DNA of 48,156 nt from Candidatus Eiseniibacteriota bacterium (GTDB lineage: Bacteria; Eisenbacteria; RBG-16-71-46): the NCBI GenBank assembly GCA_031370785.1, contig JANMQY010000145.1:1-48156 (forward strand), given 5' to 3'. The position numbers were made by a program, and so were the translations under genes. Positions 1 to 9,800 of the stretch are shown here, in pieces (positions within the stretch are counted from its first letter, which is position 1; every line of letters begins with the position of its first letter). Under the pieces are notes generated by a model. It saw nothing but the letters and a program-made list of their open reading frames with translations. It searched no databases and had not been told where the DNA came from.

Positions 1-1
1 C

Positions 2-322
2 GACTGCACGTTCGGCGCCGGGTTCATGCATGAAAAGCGGCAGGAGGCTCGGCGCGTGGCGGCGGCTCGGAAGGAGGCGCTGGCTCAGAAGGAGCAGGCG
101 CAGTCTGAAGCTGCGGCGAAGGCGCGAGCGCAGGCTGCTGCGATAGCAGCGAGCGATCTCATTCCCTGGCTTCGCGGGCTCCGGTTCCGCGCCGAGGAAG
201 CGCGCCGTGGAGCCGCGCTCTGCGCGCACATCCCGGATGCCCCGCTCGAGGAACGCGTGCGTGTCGCGCTGCGCGGCCTCGCTCCGAACTGCGTGCGACG
301 ACCCGCACACGTGGCTTCATGA
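2..322 (+). CDS. C-terminal part of a probable HNH-endonuclease-associated protein ending in a RuvA domain III-like helical tail (5' truncated by window edge)
   Basis: Open frame from base 2: DCTFGAGFMHEKRQEAR, an Ala-rich coil, then DLIPWLRGLRFRAEEARR...LEERVRVALRGL. The tail resembles RuvA domain III and 'xxTFGAGFM' resembles what follows the HNH motif in such proteins. The HNH motif itself is outside the window. Confidence 0.45.
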   Translation, partial: DCTFGAGFMHEKRQEARRVAAARKEALAQKEQAQSEAAAKARAQAAAIAASDLIPWLRGLRFRAEEARRGAALCAHIPDAPLEERVRVALRGLAPNCVRRPAHVAS

Positions 323-556
323 CGGGAGCGACCCACACGTCGCGTCGCAGCTCAGCGTCCAAATTGAAGTAGTACAGTGCATCTTTCCCATGTGCCGTCT
401 CGGTGGATCATATCAACGCAACTCCGATACTCCGTGATACAGCCCCCGTGAATCACAATATTGAGTGTGTCTTTCTCACCCCACCGCGCGCGGCCGGTCT
501 CTGCGCTTCAGCGTGCAACTTCCTTCTCGGGGTCACTTGGGGCGCAGGAAGTACGT

Positions 557-1891
557 TCACGCCCCGGCCAGTGCGAGCGACAGCGCGCTCGGCTGATCGA
601 CCGGCTCGCCGAGCAGCGTAATCGGCGTTGCGCCCACGATTCGCACGCGGCGCAGCGTTCCGGGAGCGGTGCCGTCGTTGGCGAACACGACGGTCTTGAA
701 CTCGTCGCTCTTGCCGTAGAGCTGGGCGGGGTTCTTGCGGGCCACGCTCTCCACCAGCACTTCGACCTCGCGCCCGATCCAGCGGTCGTTCACCTGAGCC
801 GAGACCTCGTGCTGCAGCTCGATCAGGGCGCCCAGCCGCCGACCTTTCTCTTCCTCGGTCACGGTCTCGGGCCAGCGGAAGGCGCGCGTGTCGGGCCGCG
901 CCGAGTACTTGAACAGGAAAGCGCTGTCGAAGCGCGTCTCACGCAGATACGCCGCGGTCGCCTCGAAGTCCGCGGTACTCTCGCCAGGGAAGCCGACGAT
1001 GATGTCGGTGCTCAGCCCGAGCCGCGGCATCGCGGAGCGCAGGTTCGCCACTATCGCGCGATACTCGGCCATCGAGTAGGTGCGGTTCATCGCGCGCAGC
1101 TGCGAGTCGGACGCGGACTGGAGCGGCAAGTGGACGTGCTTGCAGACCCGGTCGCACTCGACCAGCGCGGCGATGACGCGCTCGCTCATGTCGCTCGGGT
1201 GAGGCGAGGTGTAGCGGATGCGCAGCAGGCCCTCGATCTGATCGGCCGCGCGCAGCAGATCGGCGAAGTCGTGCAAGCCGTCGTGATACGAATTCACGGT
1301 CTGGCCGAGGAACACCACCTCGCGGAATCCGGCCGCCACCGCGACACGGACCTGATCGACCAGGTCGGCGAGCGGCAGGCTGCGCTCGCGCCCACGGGTA
1401 TAGGGCACCACGCAGTAGGTGCAGAACTTGTCGCATCCGCGCTGGACCGTCACCCAGGCGCGCACACCGGGAGCGCGCTTCGGCTCCAGGTCTCCGTAGG
1501 TTTCGTCACGGTCGAGTCGCACCTCCGATACCGGCTCGCCGGCGGCGCGGCGCAACAGGTCGGGGAGATGGCGATAGCCGTCCGGGCCGACCACCAGGTC
1601 GAGCACGCGCGAGCGCCCGAGCAGGCGCTGCCTCAGGTGCTGCGCCATGCATCCGGTGATTCCGACCACGAGATTGGGATGGGTGAGCTTGAGGTGTGCG
1701 AATTCGCCGAGCCGGCCGAGCACGCGCTGCTCGGCATGTTCGCGGATCGCGCAGGTGTTGAGCAGAACCGCGTCCGCATCCTCGGGCCGGTCCACCAGCG
1801 TCATCCCGCCGCGTTCCAGCACGCCGGCCATGGTCTCGCTGTCGGCAACGTTCATCTGGCAGCCGTAGGTCTCGAGGAACACGCGTTTCAT
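557..1891 (-). CDS. miaB: tRNA-2-methylthio-N6-dimethylallyladenosine synthase MiaB
   Basis: N-terminal ETYGCQMNVADSE / LLNTCAIRE / GCMAQ (UPF0004), radical SAM motif GCDKFCTYC, STDIIVGFPGE, FKYSARPDT, C-terminal TRAM domain. Confidence 0.96.
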   Translation of the reverse strand: MKRVFLETYGCQMNVADSETMAGVLERGGMTLVDRPEDADAVLLNTCAIREHAEQRVLGRLGEFAHLKLTHPNLVVGITGCMAQHLRQRLLGRSRVLDLVVGPDGYRHLPDLLRRAAGEPVSEVRLDRDETYGDLEPKRAPGVRAWVTVQRGCDKFCTYCVVPYTRGRERSLPLADLVDQVRVAVAAGFREVVFLGQTVNSYHDGLHDFADLLRAADQIEGLLRIRYTSPHPSDMSERVIAALVECDRVCKHVHLPLQSASDSQLRAMNRTYSMAEYRAIVANLRSAMPRLGLSTDIIVGFPGESTADFEATAAYLRETRFDSAFLFKYSARPDTRAFRWPETVTEEEKGRRLGALIELQHEVSAQVNDRWIGREVEVLVESVARKNPAQLYGKSDEFKTVVFANDGTAPGTLRRVRIVGATPITLLGEPVDQPSALSLALAGA

Positions 1892-1948
1892 AGGTCCCCG
1901 AACCCTAGCACGCCGCGCTCGGCCCCGACCAGCGGGACCGCGGTGTTC

Positions 1949-3220
1949 CTAGCGCGAAGGCTGGAACCGGATCGCGCAGACCACGAGGTCCGCCGCCGGC
2001 CTGATGCGCCCGGCATGCTCGAGCGCCGCCGCCGTGATCGCCGCCGTCAGCCGGTCGAGCGGCTCGCGACGATGCGTCTCCAGCAGCTCGATGACCGCGC
2101 GATCGCCGAAGCGGCGCCCGGCACCATCGGGAGTGTTCGGCACGCCGTCGCTCACCGCAACCAGCATGTCTCCCGCGAGCAGTCTCACGTGCTCCTGATC
2201 GAAGCTCGCCTGCGCCTCTGCGCCGCACCGCGGGCCGTTGCCCAGTCGCTGGGTCTCGCTGCCATCGGAAGGAATCCAGAATGGCGCCGGGTTGCCGGCG
2301 ACGCACGAGGTGAGCTCGCCGTTCTTGCCGAAGTGGGAAGCCCACAGGTTCATGGCGATCGCGCCCTGATGGCGCTGATGGATCTCGAGATTGAGACGCG
2401 CCACGAGGCCCGCCGCCGATCGCTCAGGGGAAGCGGTCGCGACGAACAGTCCCTGCGTGAACGCCGCGACGCGCGGCAACGCGGCGTCATCGCCACACGC
2501 TTCCGCCACCAGCAGGCTGTGAGAGCCGTCGGGATGCGTCACGCGCTCGACGACCACGGCGTCGGGCCGGAAGCCGGCGACGTGACTCAATCCAAATGCG
2601 AAGTGAAGCGCCTCGTGCTCGCCGGGCGTGAACAGCGTGCCCGACATGCGACGACCGTCGAGGTCCGCGATGCGCTCAGCGAGCGCCAGGTTCTGAAGGC
2701 GCGCCAGCGTCGCTCCCAGCGGCTCCAGCATGCGCCCGACCGCGTCCATCTCGCTGTCCGCGAATACCGGCGCCGGCGCGTTGCGCGCCAGGTTGATCAC
2801 GCCGATCGGGCCGGCCGCGGTCATGACCGGCAGGCTCATGGCGGATTGGATGTTGCGACCGCCTTCGATCCCGGTGAAACGCTGGTCCTTGATGTCACCG
2901 TTGAGGATGAGTCCGCGGCTCTGGCGCATGACCCAGTCCGAGATGCTGCGCGGCCGCGATGGGACGTCATGGCCGACGAAATCGGCGGCAAGCCCGAACG
3001 CGGCCGCGATGCGAAGGCTTCCGGTCGCTGGATTGACCAGCATGAGCGAGGCCCGCGTCGCCATGGTCGCCGTGGTCAGACACTGGAGCAGCTCGGCGCA
3101 CGAGCAGTGAAGCGAGGTCGCCGCATCGAGCCGGCGACACAGGGCTTCCAGCTCGGACGTGGCTCGACCGAGGTCCGGAGTGGATGTCGGCGGCGCGGGA
3201 ATGGGGCGAGGCTTGCTCAA
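1949..3220 (-). CDS. GAF domain + SpoIIE/PP2C-like domain protein, probably catalytically degenerate
   Basis: GAF features (RASLMLVNP...ISDWVMRQSRGLILN...SAMSLPV...IGVINL...F..SE) followed by a SpoIIE fold (AGNPAP, LLAGDMLVAVSDGV, RFGDRAV). TTG start at 3220 chosen because of the AGGAG RBS and upstream promoter; the ORF track starts at 3268. Confidence 0.8.
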   Translation of the reverse strand: MSKPRPIPAPPTSTPDLGRATSELEALCRRLDAATSLHCSCAELLQCLTTATMATRASLMLVNPATGSLRIAAAFGLAADFVGHDVPSRPRSISDWVMRQSRGLILNGDIKDQRFTGIEGGRNIQSAMSLPVMTAAGPIGVINLARNAPAPVFADSEMDAVGRMLEPLGATLARLQNLALAERIADLDGRRMSGTLFTPGEHEALHFAFGLSHVAGFRPDAVVVERVTHPDGSHSLLVAEACGDDAALPRVAAFTQGLFVATASPERSAAGLVARLNLEIHQRHQGAIAMNLWASHFGKNGELTSCVAGNPAPFWIPSDGSETQRLGNGPRCGAEAQASFDQEHVRLLAGDMLVAVSDGVPNTPDGAGRRFGDRAVIELLETHRREPLDRLTAAITAAALEHAGRIRPAADLVVCAIRFQPSR

Positions 3221-3271
3221 GGCACACTTCTCCTGATGGGTCGATCCAGGAGGGGCCGGGATACTCACTCA

Positions 3272-3299
3272 TTGTCGGCTGCGCACGGCCTTCACTTGA
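3272..3299 (-). promoter_or_regulatory. sigma-28-like promoter TCAAG-N15-GCCGACAA
   Basis: Minus strand reads TCAAGtgaaggccgtgcgcaGCCGACAA, about 50 nt upstream of the TTG at 3220. Confidence 0.6.
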
Positions 3300-3332
3300 G
3301 GATTCGCGCCTTAACCGTGCACCGCGGCCCAC

Positions 3333-3361
3333 TTGACCCTGCTGCGATCGCTGTTCAGACT
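3333..3361 (+). promoter_or_regulatory. putative sigma-70 promoter of queF
   Basis: TTGACC-N17-CAGACT, followed by an AAGGAGG RBS before ATG 3388. Confidence 0.4.
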
Positions 3362-3387
3362 CACCCGCACTTTCTCAAGGAGGCGCG

Positions 3388-3759
3388 ATGCCGAGCAAGC
3401 CGAGCCACAGGCTCGAAACCTTTCCCAATCCCAGCCCGAAACGCGACTACCTCATCCGGCACGAGTGCCCCGAATACACCGCCGTGTGCCCGGTCACAGG
3501 ACAGCCCGACTTCGGCACCATCATCATTCGCTACGTGCCCGACCGGCTGTGCGTGGAGCTCAAGTCGCTGAAACTCTATCTGTGGTCGTTTCGAGACGAG
3601 GGGCATTTCTTCGAGCAGGTGACCAACCAGATCCTCGAGGATCTGGTGCGCGCGCTGAAGCCACGGCGCATGACCGTGATCGGAAGGTTCAACGTGCGCG
3701 GCGGAATCGCCACCCGGGTGGTGGCGCGCTTCGAGCGTCCGGCGCGTGGCAAGGCGTGA
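3388..3759 (+). CDS. queF: NADPH-dependent preQ0 reductase QueF (unimodular type)
   Basis: LETFPNP, catalytic CPVTGQPDF, QueF motif [27 protein letters not shown]. Confidence 0.93.
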   Translation: MPSKPSHRLETFPNPSPKRDYLIRHECPEYTAVCPVTGQPDFGTIIIRYVPDRLCVELKSLKLYLWSFRDEGHFFEQVTNQILEDLVRALKPRRMTVIGRFNVRGGIATRVVARFERPARGKA

Positions 3760-3765
3760 AAGCGG

Positions 3766-3794
3766 TTGACCGGGCACGCGCCGGACGGGAGAAT
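3766..3794 (+). promoter_or_regulatory. putative sigma-70 promoter of the large subtilase
   Basis: TTGACC-N17-GAGAAT upstream of an AGGAG RBS and ATG 3861. Confidence 0.4.
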
Positions 3795-3860
3795 CGAGCG
3801 CGGGGCAGGTATGGCCGGGCCTGCGGCCGTTCATGCCTGCCATCAGTCCAGGAGCTCCGC

Positions 3861-6800
3861 ATGCCGTGCCCGCCGCGATTCGCGGCTCTGATTTTCATCG
3901 CTGCCCTCGCCATCGCGGGCGCCTCCGCCGCGGCCGAGCCGCCACGCTACGTTCCGAACGAAGTGCTGGTGCGATTCCGGCCCACGACCCGCGCCGCCGA
4001 GCGTGCCTCGGTGCGATCCGGCCTTCACGCCACCGTGCTGCGCAGCTTCCCGTTGATCGGCGTCGAGCATCTTCGGCTCGAAGGCGTGACGGTCGAGCAG
4101 GCGGTCGAGCGCTTTGGCGTCGACGCGCGCGTGGACTACGTCGAGCCCAACTACGAGCTGTACGCTGACCGGACGCCAAACGATCCGCTGTTCCCGCGGT
4201 TGTGGGGGCTCGCCAACACCGGCCAGACCGGAGGTAGCGAGGCGGCCGACATCCACGCGATCTCGGCGTGGGACGTTTTCACCGGAGACTCGACCCTGCT
4301 CGTTGGCGCGATCGACAGCGGCGTGGACTACCTCCATCCCGACCTGGTTGCCAACATCTGGACCAATCCCGGCGAGATCGAGGGCAATGGCATCGACGAC
4401 GACGGCAACGGGTACGTGGACGACGTCCATGGCTACGACTTCCTGAATCACGATGGCGATCCGATGGACGACAACGGGCACGGTACGCACACCGCGGGAA
4501 CCATCGCGGCGACCGGATCGAACGGGACCGGAGTGACCGGGGTGTGCTGGCGCGCGAAGATCGTCGCGATCAAGTTTCTCAACGCTTCCGGCAGCGGCAC
4601 GGTGGCGGGCGCGATCGAGGCCATCCAGTACGCGATCCGGGTGGGATGCCGGGTCACCAACAACTCGTGGGGCAGCTCGGGAGGCTCGCGTGCGCTGCGC
4701 GATGCGATCGGCGCCGCGGGTGACGCCGGACAGCTGTTCGTGGCCGCGGCGGGGAACAGCGCCAGCGACGTGGATGTCTATCCGAACTATCCTTCGTGCT
4801 TCGGCCTGGCCAACATCCTCTCGGTGGCCGCGACCGACGCCTCCGACCATCTGGCGCCTTACTCCAACTACGGCGCGACCACCGTCGACCTCGCGGCTCC
4901 CGGCAGCGACATCCTCTCCACGTTCCCTGGGAACCGCTACGCGCTGATCTCCGGCACTTCGATGGCGACTCCGCTCGTGACCGGTGTCGTCGCGCTGGCC
5001 ATGGGGCGCTTCCCGGGGGCAGGGAGCCTCGCGATCCGCGACCTGGTGCTGCGCAGCGTGGATCCGTTGCCGCAGCTCGCCGGGCTGTGCGCGACCGGAG
5101 GGCGTCTGAACGCGTTCGTCACGCTCATCGTTCCGGACAGCATCCCGCCCGCGGCGATTCGCGACCTGCGTGTCAGCGGCGTTGCTTCGAACAGTCTCCA
5201 TCTGGAATGGAGCGCGACCGGCGACGATGGCGATATCGGGCGCGCGTCGCGCTACCAGGTCCGCCGCTCCACCGAGCCGCTCACCGCGGCCAGCTTCGCT
5301 TCCGCGACACCGGTGCCGGGTTCCCCGGACCCGGCCGGCGCCGGGGCGACGGATGGCATCGAGGTGGGAGGGCTCGCCTTCTCGACCACCTACTATTTCG
5401 CGGTCCGTGCGCTCGATGAGCTGCTCAATGCCGGACCGATCTCGAACATCGTCGCGGCGACCACGCTCGGCATCCCGCACGCGCGCGTCGCCCCCGAGTC
5501 CCTGGCCGCGGTCCTGCACACCGGCTCCGACACGCTCGGGACATTGACGCTCACCAATGTCGGGGAGGGCACGCTCGACTTCAGCGTGCCTCCGCCGCTC
5601 ATCGCGTTCGCGCGCCCGCCCGTGTTCGAGCCGGTACCGTTCGCGAAGGGAGTGGACGGTGAAGCGGGTGCACCGGTCGCCGAAGCGCACGGCGGTCCGG
5701 ACGGCGGCGGTTATCGCTGGGTCGACAGCTCCGACCCCTCGGGACCTTCGTTCGCATGGGTGGACGCGATGTCGCTCGGAACCGCACTCGCGCTCACCGG
5801 CGACGACAACATTTCGGCGCCGGTCGATCTCGGCTTCGATTTCCCGTACTACGGACGCAGCTTCCGCACGCTGCGGGTGTGCACCAACGGCTTCGTCACG
5901 TTCACCGACGTCGTCGGTTCGTTCGGCAATCAGCCGTTGCCCAGTGCCGCGGCGCCCTCGGGACTTCTCGCTCCGTTCTGGGACGATCTCGAATTCGGCC
6001 AGACCCGGCGCGTCTACACCTGGGGTGACGCGACGCACTTTGTCATCGAGTTCTTCGAGGTGCCGCACTATCAGAGCGGCGGCCCGTACACGTTCGAAAT
6101 CATCCTCGAAGCCACCGGAGAGATCCGCTACCAGTACCTGAGCATGGGCGATCCGCGGACCAGCGCGACAGTCGGGCAGCAGAGTCCGGCGCGCGACCTG
6201 GGGCTGACGATTGCATTCAATGGCGCGTACGTGCGCGACTCGCTCGCGATCCGGACGGTTCCGGTGCGCCAGTGGGCGACGGTGTCGCCCGAGAGCGGCC
6301 GGCTATCGGCCGGAGAGAGCATGCCGATCGCAGTGCATTTCGATGCGGAAGGACTGGTCGGCGGAATGTTCCACGCCGAGGTCGCGTTGCAGAGCAACGA
6401 CCCCGCCGCGCCCGATCGGCGTGTGCCGCTCGCGCTTCACGTGATCGGCGCGCCCGACCTCGCGATCGCGCCTGACACCGTGGACTTCGGCGACGTCTTC
6501 GTCGGGGGGCTGGTCGAGGGCACGCTCAGGATCTCGAATGTCGGCACCGACACGCTGCACGTGAGCTCGCTGGTGAGCACCGATCCCGACGTGGTCGCCG
6601 ACGCCCAGGCCTTCACCCTGGTTCGCCTCAATCGTCGCCATGTGACGCTGCGCTATCGGCCGACCGCGCAGGGCGCGCTCGCCGGCACTGTCGAGATTGC
6701 GAGCGATGACCCGGACACGCCGCTGCGCGCGGTGGTCATGCGCGGGCGCGCCCTTCCCGCACCGCAGCTCGCGTTTGCGCCCGAATCGATCTCGGTTCGC

Positions 6801-9800
6801 CTGGCGACCGCGGGAAACCTGCTGGTACCGCTCCGGCTCTCGAATCGCGGCGGCAGCGCGCTGGAATTCCGCGCGCGCGCGGAGGCGACCGGCACGCCAC
6901 GGCCCATCGCGCAAGGCGATACGGACAACCGGCCGGTGGCGAAGGGCGGGGCCGATGTCCTCCACGGGATCACCCCGCTCGGCGCCGGTGGCCCGGATGG
7001 CTTCGGCTACACCTGGCACGACAGCCGCGAGAGTGGTGGGCCATCGTTCGCATGGGAGGACGTGAGCCGCGCGGGCACCTTGATCGAGCTCGCGGGCGAC
7101 GACGTGCTGAGCGCGCCGATCCCGATCGGATTCCGCTTCCCGTTCTATGGAGCCGCCTACGATTCGTTCCGGGTCGGATCGAACGGATTCATCACCTTTA
7201 CCGGATCGAGCGGCGGCTTCTCCAACACGACCCTGCCCAACACCGGGATCGGAGTACCGGAGAACCTGGTCGCGGCGTTCTGGGACGACCTGGTGTTCTC
7301 GGGCACGGCGCGCGCCTATTGGTGGCACGATGCGACGCGACTCGTCGTCCAGTTCCAGGACGTGCCGCGCTTTGCCGAGCCGGATCGTCCCAACACGTTC
7401 GAGGTGGTGCTCGAGGCGAGCGGCGCAATCGAGACCCGCTGGCTCTCGCTGCGAGGTGCGAGCGTGACCAGCGCCACCGTCGGCATCCAGAACGCGACCC
7501 GCGACGATGGGCTTCAGGTGGTGTTCAACGCGCCCTATCTCGGGGACAGCCTGGCGGTGCGCATCGCCCCGCCGGTCGCGTGGGTCAAGATCTCGCCGCG
7601 CTCGGGGACGGTCCCGGCCGGCGGCACCGCCGACCTGAGCGTCACGCTCGATGCGGCAGGCCTGTACGGCGGCGCCTACGGCGGACGCGTGCATCTCGAG
7701 AGCAATGATCCGCTCGCGCCAGTGCGCGACATTCCGGTGAGCCTCGCGGTCACCGGGGTCGCGGCGCTCGTGCTCGAGCCCTCCACGCTCGACTTCGGAA
7801 GCGTCTCGATCGGTGAGCCAGGGACCCGCGCGCTCGACGTGCGCAACGCCGGCAGCGATGTGCTGCACGTGACCAAGCTCGCGTCCAGTACCGGTGCGGT
7901 CACGGTCGATCTCGACCATCTGGACCTGGCGCCTTTCTCCCATCGCATCGTCCACGTGACCTATTCTCCGGAGGTGGTCGGGCCACTGGCGGCCGAGCTG
8001 ATGGTGCGCAGCGACGACCCCGCGCATCCCGAAATCCGGATTGCGCTGAACGGGGCGGGCGCGGAGGCGCCGGTGCTGGTGCTCGAGCCGACCGGGCTGG
8101 CCGTCCCGCTCGCCACCACTCTCGGGGTCGAGGCGAGGAAACGAACGCGCACCGTGCTGCTGCGCAATGCCGGCGGGAACGAGCTGGTCTGGCGAGCGCA
8201 GGCCCGGCTTGGCATCGGGATCGCCCACGGTGCCCCGCTCGAAGTCGAGGGAGCGAAAGGCGCACTTTCGACACCCGGCACTCTGGGCGCGGGCGGACCG
8301 GATGCGGGAGGCTACCGCTGGCTGGACAGCGACGAATCGGGCGGGCCGCCCTTTGAGTGGCTCGACATTCGCGCGCTCGGCACGCCGCTCGAGCTCGATG
8401 GTGACGACCAGACCAGCACTCCGATCGCGCTCCCGTTCTCATTCCCGTTCTACGGACGTTCGTTCGACTCGCTGCGCGTCTGCACCAACGGTTACCTCTC
8501 GTTCACGAGCACGCTCGCGACCTACACCAATGCGCCGCTGCCCAACGCGGGCGCGGCCGCGCCGGAGAACCTGATCGCCGCGTTCTGGGACGATCAGGAT
8601 TTCCGTCCCTCGGCGGGACACGCGCGTGCCTGGGTGTGGGGCGACACGTCACGATTCGTGATCGCATTCCACGACGTGCCGCACCTCGACGTGGGGGGCC
8701 CGTACACCTACCAGATCGAGCTCGATCGCGACGGGACCATCGAGTGCCGCTATCTGACCATGCCCGGCCGGACCACCGAGGCGACGATCGGCATCCAGAA
8801 TGCCGATCGAAGCGCCGGGTTGCAGGTGGCGTACAACGCGCCGTACGTCCACGACCGACTGTGCACGCGCTTCACACGGCGCCCGCCCTGGCTCGCGATC
8901 CTTCCCGACTCGGGGCGCGTGGCTCCCGGCGGCGTCGACACGCTGTATGTCAGCCTGAGCGCCGAGGGCGAGAGCGACGGAGAGCTCGCGGGCGAGATCC
9001 GGATCACGAGCAGCGATGTAGCGCATTTCGATTCGCGCGTGCCGGTTCATGCGCACGTCGGCGTGGCGCCTGCGCAGGCCAGCTTCGCTCCACGCCGGGT
9101 CGGCGCCGTGCACCTCGGCCGCGACGTGAGCCTCGAGCTGCGCGTGCCCGGGCGCGACCCGGCGTCGATCGCGCAGGCAAGCGTCCGGCTGAATCAGGCG
9201 ATTGGCTGGGATCGGGAGAAGGCGCCCCGAATCGAAGGCGCTGATCTGGTGCTGGGATTCGCCACGACTGACCTGCTGGCCGGGTTGACTTACGGCGGCG
9301 CGGTGCCGGTGACCGTGACCGGCGAGGTCGAGGGCGAGACCTGGTTCATCGCCCACGACACGCTGAGGATCGTTCGCTCCGAGCTGCTCACGCCCGCGAC
9401 CCTTCACCGCTGGGGCTCCGCCGAGCCGGTCGTGCCGATCACCGCCGAAGTCCCGCTGCCGTTGCAATGGCGAGAGCCGGAGGCGTCCACCGCCGCCCGC
9501 TGGGAAATCTGGTGGTCGGCCGACGACGGCGAGACGTGGAGCGTGGCGGCCGATCAAGTCGAGGCCACCAGCTTCAGCTGGACTCCTCCCGGGGTGGAGA
9601 GCACGCGCACGCTGCTCGAGATCACTGGATGGCGAGCCGGACAGCTGGAGAGCGCGTGGCTGTCGCAGCCGTTCGTGCTGCTGCGCCCCAATCTCGCAGG
9701 CCCGGGTCTGCCGGTCCGGCTGGCGCTGCGGATCGCGGGGCCGAATCCCTCACCGGGCGAGGTCGCGTTCGATCTGGCGCTGCCTGCCGCGGCCGAGGTC

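Noticed and set aside
3300..3387. preQ1 riboswitch upstream of queF
   Set aside because: No recognisable preQ1 stem-loop with A-rich tail, and the leader after the predicted promoter is very short.
461..3571. 1036-aa plus-strand ORF
   Set aside because: Antisense shadow of miaB and the GAF-SpoIIE gene; Arg/Ala-rich with no motifs, typical of high-GC DNA.
3333..3860. N-terminal extension of the 2219-aa ORF (apparent queF overlap or fusion)
   Set aside because: queF is in a different frame; the subtilase has its own promoter, RBS and signal peptide at 3861.
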